Assembly: GCA_963727775.1 (NCBI GenBank) | Contig: CAVSHB010000002.1 | Span: forward strand, 320,001-384,000 | Direction: 5' to 3' | From: an uncultured Nitrospiraceae bacterium | GTDB taxonomy: Bacteria > Nitrospirota > Thermodesulfovibrionia > Thermodesulfovibrionales > SM23-35 | DNA length: 64,000 nucleotides | Shown: one piece after another, positions 1 to 9,070 of the stretch | Layout: every line of letters begins with the position of its first letter | Numbering within the stretch: the first letter of the stretch is position 1 | Program-made: the position numbers and the translations under genes | Notes under the pieces: generated by a model | The model's input: only the letters and a program-made list of their open reading frames with translations | Told to the model about the DNA's origin: nothing | Databases searched by the model: none

Positions 1-180
1 CTCCCGCCGCGTATTCAAACGGTGGGCTATTTCGTCGTTCGTTAACCCATCCGCGGCCAATAGAATCATCTTGGCGCGAAGTACTTGATAATACGGTAAC
101 GTATATTTTGTGGCACATCTCATCAAGTGTTCCACTTCCTCTGGCGTCAGCCTTATGCTATATGGACTTTTCCTTGGCAT
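1..180 (-). mobile_element. IS630-family transposase, N-terminal HTH part (runs off the window's left edge; not in the ORF track)
   Basis: Reverse strand from ATG at 180 reads MPRKSPYSIRLTPEEVEHLMRCATKYTLPYYQVLRAKMILLAADGLTNDEIAHRLNTRRE, with an AGGAGG SD upstream. The RAxxILLAADGxxNxEIAxxL pattern is typical of IS630 HTH N-termini. The likely element end is near 267-268 (GTAC-TA). Confidence 0.8.
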
Positions 181-268
181 TGATGACCTCCTTACGATCA
201 ATCATGCCATATTCGATTCTATTTAGCAAGCTAATATTACGTTAGTGTAGTTATGATATTATGTACTA

Positions 269-461
269 AGGTATCGAAAAATAATTAATTAATCTCCATA
301 CCCCGCCGTCTCTGCGGCGGGCACCTTACATCGTCGGGGTGCAGGGCGTCGGAGCGAAGCGCAGACCCTTGCCGACCCACGGGGTCTAATACCCCGCGGT
401 GTCGAAACGAGCAAAGCGAGTTTAGTTTATTTCACAACACCCGCATTTTTCTAATTGCAGT
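269..461. repeat. Copy 1 of a dispersed intergenic motif, carrying a ~140 bp GC-rich multi-hairpin insert (MITE/REP-like)
   Basis: 269-286 and 430-461 match the contiguous sequence at 8889-8939. Internal hairpins include cccgccg-tctctg-cggcggg (302-321) and ggggt-ctaat-acccc. Confidence 0.7.
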
Positions 462-486
462 CTTTGGATGAATAACATGGGTCTCA

Positions 487-495
487 TGATATACT
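487..495 (+). promoter_or_regulatory. Extended -10 (TGnTATACT) 6 nt before the polX ATG; probable leaderless promoter
   Basis: tgatatact at 487-495, ATG at 502, no SD. Confidence 0.55.
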
Positions 496-501
496 TTGCA
501 T

Positions 502-2214
502 ATGAAGAACCGGGAGATTGCGAGTATCTTCAATGATATTGCCGACCTGCTCGAGATCAAAGGTGAAAACCCATTCAGGATAAGGGCTTACAGACGCGCC
601 GCGCTGAATTTGGAAAGTCTTGCCAGGGATGTTGCTGAGACGTCTAAAGACGAGTTGATGGAAGTCCCCGGCATCGGGCAGGACCTTGCGGGAAAAATTG
701 AAGAATATGTGAAGACAGGAAGGCTGGAGTTTTATGAAGACCTTAAGAAAGGAGTGCCTGAAGGCCTCGGTGTGCTTCTGTCTGTCCCCGGCCTTGGCCC
801 GAAAACCGCAAAGCTTCTTGCCGAAAAACTGAAGATAAAAAACCTGGGAGACCTTGAACGTTTTGCGAGGGAGCACAAACTCAGCGGCCTGCCGGGGATT
901 AAGGAAAAGACAGAGGAGAATATCCTGAAAGGCATCGGGATGTTGAAACGAGGGATGGAGAGGCAGCCGTTGGGGAAGGTGCTGCCCGTTGCAAACGATA
1001 TTTTAGACCATCTCGGAAAGAAAGCCCCCGTTAATAAGATCATTGTCGCAGGGAGTATCAGGAGATGGAAAGATACGGTTAAAGACATTGATATCCTCGC
1101 TACGTCACGGGACCCGAAGGCTGTTATGAGCGCCTTTATTCATCTGCCCCATGTCAAAGATGTCCTCATGCACGGCCCGACAAAATCGAGTGTCATAATA
1201 CACGAAGGTCTTCAGGTTGATCTTCGTGTTGTTGAAGAGGAGAGCTTCGGCGCCGCTCTGGCATATTTTACAGGAAGCAAAGCCCATAATATCAGATTGA
1301 GAGAAATGGCGGTCAAAGCCGGCCTGAAGATAAATGAATACGGCATATTCAGGGAGAAGGACGATCAAAAAATCGGCGGCAGCAAAGAGGAAGATGTTTA
1401 CAGGATACTCGGGCTTCCCTACATCCCACCCGAGTTGAGGGAAGATTCAGGGGAGATAGAAGCGGCAAGAGAAGGCAGGCTGCCAAATCTTGTCGCTTTA
1501 AGTGACATAAAAGGTGACCTCCATGTGCATACGAAACGAAGTGACGGGAGCCATGATTTTGAAGAATTGATTGCAATAGCGAGACAAAGAGGATATGAAT
1601 ATATAGCAATAACAGACCACTCCAAGGGTCTCGGCATTGCGAGGGGACTGAATGAAGAAAGACTGATAGAGGAGAAAAGGGAGATAGAGGCGTTTAATAA
1701 AAAGTTAAAGGGGTTCAAACTATTGGCCGGCGTGGAGGTGGATATACTAAGCGACGGACATATGGATCTGCCCGATGAAATTCTGAAACAGTTGGACATT
1801 GTGGTTGCATCGATTCATTCAGGATTCAGGCAGAGCAGAGACCGTATTACACAAAGAATAGTGTCTGCCTTGAGAAACCCTTATGTATCGGTGATAGCAC
1901 ATCCAACCGGACGGCTAATCGGAGAACGCGACCCGTATGACGTCGATATGGCCGAGGTTCTCAGGGTTGCCGCTGAAACAGGAACGGCAATGGAAATCAA
2001 TGCTTATCCCCTCAGGCTGGATTTAAGCGACATGCATGCAAAGATGGCAAAAGAAATGGGGGTGCCTGTTGTAATAAGCACAGATACCCATGTGACCGAC
2101 CAGTTTTCTTATATGTCTTATGGGGTATCGATTGCAAGAAGGGGTTGGATAGAGAAAAAGGATGTTCTGAATACAATGAGTTATAATAGTTTGATAAAAG
2201 CTTTAAAAAAGTGA
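502..2214 (+). CDS. polX: DNA polymerase X / 3'-5' exonuclease with PHP domain
   Basis: N-terminal 8 kDa and HhH domains, GSIRR..DIDIL and QVDLR catalytic Asp motifs, PHP motifs HVHT/TDH/DTH. The ORF track starts at 496 (TTG); ATG 502 is preferred. Confidence 0.95.
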   Translation: MKNREIASIFNDIADLLEIKGENPFRIRAYRRAALNLESLARDVAETSKDELMEVPGIGQDLAGKIEEYVKTGRLEFYEDLKKGVPEGLGVLLSVPGLGPKTAKLLAEKLKIKNLGDLERFAREHKLSGLPGIKEKTEENILKGIGMLKRGMERQPLGKVLPVANDILDHLGKKAPVNKIIVAGSIRRWKDTVKDIDILATSRDPKAVMSAFIHLPHVKDVLMHGPTKSSVIIHEGLQVDLRVVEEESFGAALAYFTGSKAHNIRLREMAVKAGLKINEYGIFREKDDQKIGGSKEEDVYRILGLPYIPPELREDSGEIEAAREGRLPNLVALSDIKGDLHVHTKRSDGSHDFEELIAIARQRGYEYIAITDHSKGLGIARGLNEERLIEEKREIEAFNKKLKGFKLLAGVEVDILSDGHMDLPDEILKQLDIVVASIHSGFRQSRDRITQRIVSALRNPYVSVIAHPTGRLIGERDPYDVDMAEVLRVAAETGTAMEINAYPLRLDLSDMHAKMAKEMGVPVVISTDTHVTDQFSYMSYGVSIARRGWIEKKDVLNTMSYNSLIKALKK

Positions 2215-2288
2215 GATATAATGAGATATCTGGAATAGAAATTGCTATTATATTCATTTTTAAATAAAATTGCGATAATCGGGAAATA

Positions 2289-3698
2289 ATGAAAAAAGAA
2301 ATATTCGTTTATGAGAGAGATGAAGATGTCCTTAAGTTTTTGAAATATTTCTTTAAGGGAAAAGATGCGTATTCGGCCCGTTTTATTAAAGAAAGGGATA
2401 TCTTAAAACAAAGGCTGAAAAAGAAAGCGCCTGATGTCCTGATCATAGGCAGCACTGACGGGCTCAGGCATCTGACCTCTTCGGAGATTCAATGTCCCAT
2501 CATAGCCGTTCTTCCCCCGGTTAAAGACGATAAAACCGTCGGCGCCGGTTCTGCGGTAAAACCGGAGGTGGATTGTTATCTGCTCAGTCCGTTCCATAAG
2601 GACGACCTTGATAATAAACTCATGACGGCAGTTAAGGGACAGCACTGGTTTGATATTTTTTACCGGGAAAAGAAAGACTTGCAGGCCATTATTGAGCTTA
2701 CCTCCATCATTTCTTCGACTCTCAATCCCAAAGAAGTGCTCTATCATATTGTGAAGAAATTGTCTGAAATTGTTCAATTGACGCGGTGTTCCATGATAAG
2801 CATAAATGCCGATAATCAGAGATTTGCGAATATCGTTTCTTCATTCGAAGACCCGTCGATCACGAACTTGAAAATCGATCTCCGGAAATATCCGGAAATA
2901 AAAAAGGCATTGTCCGTTAAAAAGCTCATACTGATCAAAGACGCGCAAAGGGACCCTCTGATGAAAGAGGTTAGGGACATTATTGCTCCGATAGGAATTC
3001 GTTCTATTATTGTGGTCCCCGTGATCTTTCGCGACGAGGTCATAGGCTCCTTATTGTTGAGGACGTCAAGGGCGGGCCACTCTTTTACGAAAAGAGAAAT
3101 AAAACTCTGCACCGCTTTTGCTAATTCCTCTGCGCACGCCCTGTATAATGCATTCTTGTATGAAAGTCTTGATAAGGAGAAGTCAAAGATAGAGAGGCTT
3201 GCGATCACGGACTATCTGACGGGCGTTTACAACATCAGATATTTCTACAACAGGCTTCAGGAAGAATTCAGTAGGGCTGAAAGGTATAAAATCCCCTTAA
3301 GTTGCATAATGTTCGATATCGACTATTTCAAAAAGATCAACGATACCTATGGACACAGGGTCGGAGATATGGTGCTCAGGGAATTTGCGCAATTTGTTAA
3401 GACGCGCACGAGAAAGTCCGATGTCTTCGCCAGATACGGAGGGGAAGAGTTTATCATGCTCCTGCCCCAGACAACGGCTAAAGGCGCGCTTTCCGAGGCA
3501 GAGCGACTTAAAGAGGCTGTCGGGTCACATCGGTTCCATGCCGATCATGGGGAGATCCGCATAGCGATTAGTATGGGGATATCATGCAGTCCTCATAAGA
3601 AGATAAAAAACTACGATGATCTAATAAATTCCGCTGACAATTCCTTATATGTTGCTAAGGCCAAGGGACGCGATCGGATCGTAGTAACCCCTTCTTAA
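2289..3698 (+). CDS. Diguanylate cyclase (degenerate REC - GAF - GGDEF)
   Basis: GGEEF active site, RKSD I-site, DIDYFKKINDTYGH motif, central GAF domain, N-terminal receiver-like fold. Confidence 0.92.
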   Translation: MKKEIFVYERDEDVLKFLKYFFKGKDAYSARFIKERDILKQRLKKKAPDVLIIGSTDGLRHLTSSEIQCPIIAVLPPVKDDKTVGAGSAVKPEVDCYLLSPFHKDDLDNKLMTAVKGQHWFDIFYREKKDLQAIIELTSIISSTLNPKEVLYHIVKKLSEIVQLTRCSMISINADNQRFANIVSSFEDPSITNLKIDLRKYPEIKKALSVKKLILIKDAQRDPLMKEVRDIIAPIGIRSIIVVPVIFRDEVIGSLLLRTSRAGHSFTKREIKLCTAFANSSAHALYNAFLYESLDKEKSKIERLAITDYLTGVYNIRYFYNRLQEEFSRAERYKIPLSCIMFDIDYFKKINDTYGHRVGDMVLREFAQFVKTRTRKSDVFARYGGEEFIMLLPQTTAKGALSEAERLKEAVGSHRFHADHGEIRIAISMGISCSPHKKIKNYDDLINSADNSLYVAKAKGRDRIVVTPS

Positions 3699-3736
3699 GA
3701 AAGACCTTGGATTATTTCTTAAGGGTATATTAAGAA

Positions 3737-3794
3737 ATCGAAAAATAACTTTTCCACAATCCCGATATCCATCGGGACATTATCTCAATTGCAA
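3737..3794. repeat. Copy 2 of the dispersed intergenic motif, with a short palindromic insert (tcccgat-atcc-atcggga)
   Basis: atcgaaaaataacttttccacaa (3737-3759) is 21/23 identical to 8893-8915. Downstream cattatctcaattgca resembles catttttctaattgca. Confidence 0.6.
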
Positions 3795-3815
3795 TTTTTA
3801 GGTTAAAATAGACCT

Positions 3816-6422
3816 ATGGATATAATAACCTCACATATAAATGCTGACTTCGATTCTCTTGCCTCAATGGTGGCTGCGAAGAAACTGTATCCAAAAGCGG
3901 AAATAGTTTTTCCCGGTTCCCAGGAGAAGAAACTCAGAGATTTTCTTGAGGTGTTCCATCCCACAACGATAAAACGCATAAAGGACATAGATCTTTCGAA
4001 GGTCACAAGGCTTATTATCGTAGACACAAAGCTGCCCGGAAGGATCGGTCCTTTGGCTGAACTGCTTTCCAATAAGAACATAAAAATACATATCTATGAC
4101 CACCACCCGTTTAGTAAAGGTGATATCAGAGGTGAGGTTGAGGTAATCGAGAAGGTCGGGGCGACCGCGACCATTTTTGCGGAGATGCTGAAAAACAAAA
4201 AATTACACCCTGCGCCGATGGAAGCGACCATACTCGCATTGGGGATATATGAAGAGACAGGCTGTCTCCTTTTCCCTTCAACAACGGAGAGAGACCTCCT
4301 TGCCGCCGCATATCTCCTTAAAAGAGGGGCCAACCTGAATATTGCATCAAACTTCCTGAAGATGGAAATGAGCATGGAAGAATTCGATGTCCTGAACGAG
4401 CTTGTCCAGTCATCGAAGGAGTTTGTTATACAGGGGATCAGGATAAAGATAGGGAAGGCTTCACGAGAACAGTACCTTGGAGACGCGGCGCATTTTGCGC
4501 ACAGGATGATGGACATGGAAGATATAGACGCAGTGATTGTCCTTCTGAGTATGGACGGGAAGATACTGATGGTCGCAAGGAGCAAGGTCCCCGAGCTTGA
4601 TGTATCGAAAGTGATGAAGGAGTTTGGAGGAGGAGGGCATCCGACTGCTGCTTCGGCAACAATAAAAGAGGCGTCTCTCGAAGTCGTTGAAGAGAGACTG
4701 ATCGATATGCTGGATTCATCCGTAAAACCCGGGAAGGTTGCAGCCGATATCATGACCCGCCCCGTCATCAGCGTTCAGTCTGATGTGCCCGTCAAGGATG
4801 CAGAGTCAATGATGACGCGGTATGGTGTTAATGTGCTGCCGGTCCTGGAGGGTGAAATCTATGCGGGTCTTATATCGCGCGAGATTGTGGAGAAGGCCTT
4901 ATTCCATGGTTTCGGGAAAAGCCGGGCGATAGATTTTTCGACGCCTGACGCGATAATTGTAGATCCGTCCGCCCCGATCAGAATGATAGAGACATTGATG
5001 ATCGAACAGAACCAGAGGTTCATGCCGGTTGTCGAGGACGGCAGGATTATCGGCGCAATAACGAGGACGGACCTGCTCCGCACTCTTTATGAAGAATTCC
5101 TCAGGAGGAGGAGGATAGAAGAAACCGTTACAAAGGAAAAGCCGACTATCGGGAGAAATTTATCTTCATGGCTCAAAGATAAGTTCCCGCCGGAGGTATA
5201 CGGCCTCCTGAAACTTTCAGGAGAGGTAGCTGAAGAGTTGGGATTCGGCGCATATATTGTCGGAGGATCGGTGAGGGACCTGCTGCGGGGCGAAGCAAAC
5301 CTTGATATTGATATCGTTATCGAAGGGGACGGTATTTCATTTGCAAGGGCATTCGGTGAAAGGCTGAGCGCAAAGGTGAGGACACATCAAAAGTTTGCTA
5401 CTGCTCAGATCATCACTGATAAAATGAAACTCGACGTCGCAACTGCAAGGACGGAATACTACGAATCACCCGCGGCCTTGCCCAAGGTCGAGACGTCATC
5501 CATTAAGAAAGACCTTTACAGAAGAGACTTTACTATAAATACCCTCGCTATTAAATTAAACCCGAGGGATTTCGGCTTTCTCATAGATTTTTTCGGCGGA
5601 CAGAGGGACTTAAGAGAGAAAGCGATCAGGGTGCTTCATAATCTCAGTTTTGTTGAAGATCCTACAAGGGCGTTCCGCGCGGTCAGATTTTCTGAAAGGT
5701 TCGGATTTAAGATCAGCAGGCATACGGAAAACCTTATTAAATCCGCTATTGAGATGAACCTATTCAACATGCTTTCAGGCCCGAGACTCTATGAAGAACT
5801 CCGCCTGGCATTTCATGAGACCGAGCCGATCAAAACATTGAGGAAACTTTCCGATATGGGCCTCCTGAAGGTCATACATCCCAGTCTTGTGTTTACAATA
5901 GAGCTTGAAACAACGCTCAAAGCGATGCAGGAGACACTCTCATGGTTTAACCTTCTTTTTCTCGAAGAAAAGACAGACAAAGGGGTCCTCTATCTTATGG
6001 CTTTACTTGCGGGGTTAAAGGAGGAGGATATAAAGGCTGTTGTGGATAGGCTGGCGCCGCCGCCAAGAGTGAGGGAGGTGATTTTGCAGGGAATTCCTCT
6101 GGCAAAGAACATATTGCGGAAGTTTCCCACTGGTGATCCGGTGGAGATACATAAACTCCTGAGCAATCTTAAACTCGAAGTTGTCCTGGTTTTGATGGCA
6201 CTGAGCAAAGACAGAGAAAAGCAGAAGATGATATCCCATTATCTTACTGAATTGAGGAACGTTAAGACGGTCTTTAAGGGAGAGGACTTAAAGAGAATGG
6301 GTATTCATCCGGGGCCGGTCTATTCAAAAATTCTCACGAAACTCCTCGAAGAAAAGCTCAGGGGCAATCTTACAACGAGAGAAGATGAAGAGAAATTTGT
6401 AGAAGAATTTGTTAAAGGATAA
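3816..6422 (+). CDS. tRNA nucleotidyltransferase (class II; DHH-DHHA1-CBS-PolA architecture, probably A-adding type)
   Basis: HINADFD/DHH motifs, GGGH, CBS pair, GGSVRDLL..DIDI, RRDFTIN and EDPTR motifs. Confidence 0.92.
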   Translation: MDIITSHINADFDSLASMVAAKKLYPKAEIVFPGSQEKKLRDFLEVFHPTTIKRIKDIDLSKVTRLIIVDTKLPGRIGPLAELLSNKNIKIHIYDHHPFSKGDIRGEVEVIEKVGATATIFAEMLKNKKLHPAPMEATILALGIYEETGCLLFPSTTERDLLAAAYLLKRGANLNIASNFLKMEMSMEEFDVLNELVQSSKEFVIQGIRIKIGKASREQYLGDAAHFAHRMMDMEDIDAVIVLLSMDGKILMVARSKVPELDVSKVMKEFGGGGHPTAASATIKEASLEVVEERLIDMLDSSVKPGKVAADIMTRPVISVQSDVPVKDAESMMTRYGVNVLPVLEGEIYAGLISREIVEKALFHGFGKSRAIDFSTPDAIIVDPSAPIRMIETLMIEQNQRFMPVVEDGRIIGAITRTDLLRTLYEEFLRRRRIEETVTKEKPTIGRNLSSWLKDKFPPEVYGLLKLSGEVAEELGFGAYIVGGSVRDLLRGEANLDIDIVIEGDGISFARAFGERLSAKVRTHQKFATAQIITDKMKLDVATARTEYYESPAALPKVETSSIKKDLYRRDFTINTLAIKLNPRDFGFLIDFFGGQRDLREKAIRVLHNLSFVEDPTRAFRAVRFSERFGFKISRHTENLIKSAIEMNLFNMLSGPRLYEELRLAFHETEPIKTLRKLSDMGLLKVIHPSLVFTIELETTLKAMQETLSWFNLLFLEEKTDKGVLYLMALLAGLKEEDIKAVVDRLAPPPRVREVILQGIPLAKNILRKFPTGDPVEIHKLLSNLKLEVVLVLMALSKDREKQKMISHYLTELRNVKTVFKGEDLKRMGIHPGPVYSKILTKLLEEKLRGNLTTREDEEKFVEEFVKG

Positions 6423-6456
6423 CCTCTCTTTGAGTTTTCCGCAAACTGTCTGTAAT

Positions 6457-6762
6457 TTATTTTTTCAGTGATTTCCCTATTCTTTTTTCTATTGATTTTA
6501 CCTTTTCATCTATCCTGTTGCGTTTCCCCTTCCTGTCATCGATAGATATCGTTGTAAGCGCTCTTTCCCCTTTTTTCATTACAGCCATATGGCATTTCTT
6601 GATGAGCTTTATTATCTCATCCCATTCGCCTTCAACAACCGTGCCCATCGGGTTAATCTTGTAAGGGAGACCGCTTGCATCGACGATCTTCAATACTTCC
6701 GCGAGACGGTCGCCTATACTGCTGCCCATACCTATTGGAACTATGCTGAATTCCGCAAGCAT
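6457..6762 (-). CDS. MTH1187 family thiamine-binding protein
   Basis: MLAEFSIVPIG...PMGTVVEG...DDRKGK...KVKSI matches the UPF0045 pattern. Confidence 0.9.
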   Translation of the reverse strand: MLAEFSIVPIGMGSSIGDRLAEVLKIVDASGLPYKINPMGTVVEGEWDEIIKLIKKCHMAVMKKGERALTTISIDDRKGKRNRIDEKVKSIEKRIGKSLKK

Positions 6763-6829
6763 ACAACACCTCCTTGGCTGATTAAATACACACTATAAAA
6801 AGTGATGATAGCAAAAGGTTTCTTAAAAG

Positions 6830-6859
6830 AAAAGGGGCAAGAATAACTCGCCCCTTTTT
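6830..6859. terminator. Rho-independent terminator downstream of hup
   Basis: aaaaggggc (6830-6838) pairs with gcccctttt (6850-6858), with A/T tracts on both sides. Confidence 0.75.
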
Positions 6860-6874
6860 ATGAAAGCTATTATA

Positions 6875-7147
6875 TTATTTTACTGCGTCTTTGAGAGATT
6901 TGCCTGATGTAAACTTCGGTATCTTTGCGGCAGGAATGGTGATAACAGCCCCGGTCCTGGGATTACGGCCCTTCCTGGATTTTCTTTTCACGACCGAGAA
7001 GGTCCCGAACCCGACGAGAGTGACCTTCTGCCCTTTCTTTAACGCTGCCCTGATAGAAGTAAGAGTTGAATCCAGCGCTCTTGAGGCATCTGCCTTGCTC
7101 AACCCTGTGCCGGATGCGATCTTGTCAATAAGCTCCGCTTTTGTCAT
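6875..7147 (-). CDS. hup: DNA-binding protein HU
   Basis: MTKAELI...GFGTF...GRNPRTG...IPA..PKF; 90 aa. Confidence 0.97.
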   Translation of the reverse strand: MTKAELIDKIASGTGLSKADASRALDSTLTSIRAALKKGQKVTLVGFGTFSVVKRKSRKGRNPRTGAVITIPAAKIPKFTSGKSLKDAVK

Positions 7148-7209
7148 CTATTATTTCCCCCCTTTCATGGAAATAGAATTAGTTAATAATAATAAATAAT
7201 GCTGAGATA

Positions 7210-7239
7210 ACAGTATCAAGGAAGAAATCCATTTGTCAA
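7210..7239 (-). promoter_or_regulatory. Sigma70-type promoter for hup
   Basis: Minus strand TTGACA-18 nt-TACTGT with a TGn extension. Confidence 0.5.
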
Positions 7240-7509
7240 GCCAAAAATGAGCCTTTATTGTTAGAAAAACTCGTGCCAGATAATGGTTTGCGTCTGTACA
7301 TTTTTATGTGTGAGATTAAGCACGAGCATATTAAGGCGGTAAAAGCGATAGCCCCGTTTGTTCTGCGGCGACCAAAGGTTGATAAAATACTCAGGCATAT
7401 GATATCTTTAACAATATGCCGGCATCAGAGAGTCTCGTGTTAAAGCCCTAATACGCATTGGAAATTTATAAAATAAGACAAAAACTGATTTCGTAGTTTA
7501 TATTTTTAA

Positions 7510-8727
7510 ATGGCTAGCAATCAATTTCCTGTAATCATTTTCCCTAATAATCCGCGCAGTCCCGATATAGAAAAACCAGGCTTCAGCAGTGGTCTTTATC
7601 TGAAATCTGCCGCGTCAGTATGGTTAATTCTTTTGTCGGTGGTTTGTATCATGGTTTTTCTTGATCCTTTTGGACACACCGTTACTCCTGTTTATCACAT
7701 GGCGGTCGAGAAATGGCTTTCGAATGAATCTCTTTATTCCAGCAATGTGATGCACTATTTCCCGCAGTTTGTTTTTATGTTTATGCCGTTCCACCTTTGT
7801 CCGGTTCCTGTCGGTGACATCCTTTGGAGAATAATTTCTGTCGGATTATTAGCATGGAGCTTATGGAGGCTTGTCGGTCTTGAAGGTTCACCGAGAAACG
7901 CTGAGCTTTTTTTATATGTCTCTTTGCTTGCGATCGCGCCGTGTATCGGCGCAATACGGAACGGGCAGGCCAACGTTGTTTTCGCCGCCTTAACGATTCA
8001 TGCTGCTGTTTCGATTGCCCGGTCACAATGGTGGATTGCGACGGTTTGCCTTATTGTTGCTTTAATAAGCAAGCCTATTGGATTGGTAATGATGCTGCTT
8101 GCATCCGCGGTCTATCGGCCCCTCATCCCGAGACTCTGCATCGGCTTGGCTCTTTTTTTGTCGTTCCCTTTTTTCTTCGGCGGTCCTTTTTATGTATTCT
8201 CGCAGTATCAGCAATTTTATTATCATATGATTCAGTGTTCTCTTATCCTTAAACACATTTTCGCCGATCTTAACGGCCTCCTGAGATTTATCGGTATCGG
8301 CCTGCCGGGAAATGTTTCGCAAATCGTCCGGATTTGTGCCGGCATAGTAACATTGGGTCTGTGGTGGGTGGGGTCTGCCCGCACCAAAGAGCCTGAACGG
8401 GCATGGCTTCTCCTTGGCCTGACTACTGCCTATCTTATGCTTTTTAACCCAATGACCGAAGTGAACAGTTATGTCATCGTGGCGCCCGTCATTGCGTTTT
8501 ATGCAGTCCATTTTCTAAAGATCGAAGACAGTCCCGTACTCGGTTGGGGGTTAGCGCTGAGCGGACTTTCAATCGGCCTTTTACCTGAGATCTTCAGCCA
8601 TGCGGTCCGTGGATTCGGACTATTATGGGATCCGTTGATGGCGATTGTCTTTTTTGTTTTTTTAGTGTCTATGGTCTTATCAAAATGGTCACCGAAGAAA
8701 AAGTCTCTCCAGATACCTCTGCCTTAG
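7510..8727 (+). CDS. Glycosyltransferase family 87 (DUF2029-like, GT-C fold) membrane protein
   Basis: Multi-TM; HYFPQF..FMPF, RNGQAN, K-P and MLFNPMTEVNSY motifs. Confidence 0.75.
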   Translation: MASNQFPVIIFPNNPRSPDIEKPGFSSGLYLKSAASVWLILLSVVCIMVFLDPFGHTVTPVYHMAVEKWLSNESLYSSNVMHYFPQFVFMFMPFHLCPVPVGDILWRIISVGLLAWSLWRLVGLEGSPRNAELFLYVSLLAIAPCIGAIRNGQANVVFAALTIHAAVSIARSQWWIATVCLIVALISKPIGLVMMLLASAVYRPLIPRLCIGLALFLSFPFFFGGPFYVFSQYQQFYYHMIQCSLILKHIFADLNGLLRFIGIGLPGNVSQIVRICAGIVTLGLWWVGSARTKEPERAWLLLGLTTAYLMLFNPMTEVNSYVIVAPVIAFYAVHFLKIEDSPVLGWGLALSGLSIGLLPEIFSHAVRGFGLLWDPLMAIVFFVFLVSMVLSKWSPKKKSLQIPLP

Positions 8728-8888
8728 GAAAAGACATCCTTTTTTTAAAAAACTGTCTTTTTCAGATCAACCCGAAAAATGCGGATATTGTTCACAAAAT
8801 TATTTAACTCGATAAATTTATATTGAGAATATAGTTATGTCGGTGATCATAAAAATATTCCTGGGGTCATACACATAAGGGTACACTT

Positions 8889-8939
8889 AGGTATCGAAAA
8901 ATAATTTTTTCACAACACCCGCATTTTTCTAATCGCAGT
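8889..8939. repeat. Copy 3 (uninterrupted) of the dispersed intergenic motif
   Basis: aggtatcgaaaaataattttttcacaacacccgcatttttctaatcgcagt; both halves recur at 269-286 and 430-461. Confidence 0.7.
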
Positions 8940-9007
8940 TTATTAAGTCTATATATAGTAGCCCATCGATTCTATTCATACAGAATATTGATTCCAAAAT
9001 TTTTTTC

Positions 9008-9036
9008 TTGACATTCGATTTTAATATATATATATT
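9008..9036 (+). promoter_or_regulatory. dcw operon sigma70 promoter
   Basis: TTGACA (9008-9013) -17 nt- TATATT (9031-9036). Confidence 0.75.
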
Positions 9037-9039
9037 GAT

Positions 9040-9065
9040 GTGGAGGAAAGTGGTAAAAGGTGGAG
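9040..9065 (+). promoter_or_regulatory. MraZ-binding direct repeats
   Basis: Three GTGG boxes at 9040, 9050 and 9060 (10-nt period) directly upstream of mraZ, as in known MraZ operators. Confidence 0.8.
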
Positions 9066-9070
9066 GAGAA

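Noticed and set aside
4094..4768. Long antisense ORFs (e.g. 4094-4768, 20169-20837, 33032-33586, 39699-40295)
   Set aside because: They are shadows of well-supported + strand genes and show no recognisable motifs.
7258..7443. 61-aa intergenic ORF
   Set aside because: TTG start, no clear SD and no recognisable motif; insufficient support.
9008..9070. N-terminal extension of MraZ in the ORF track
   Set aside because: It overlaps the -35/-10 boxes and MraZ operator; the SD supports ATG 9071.
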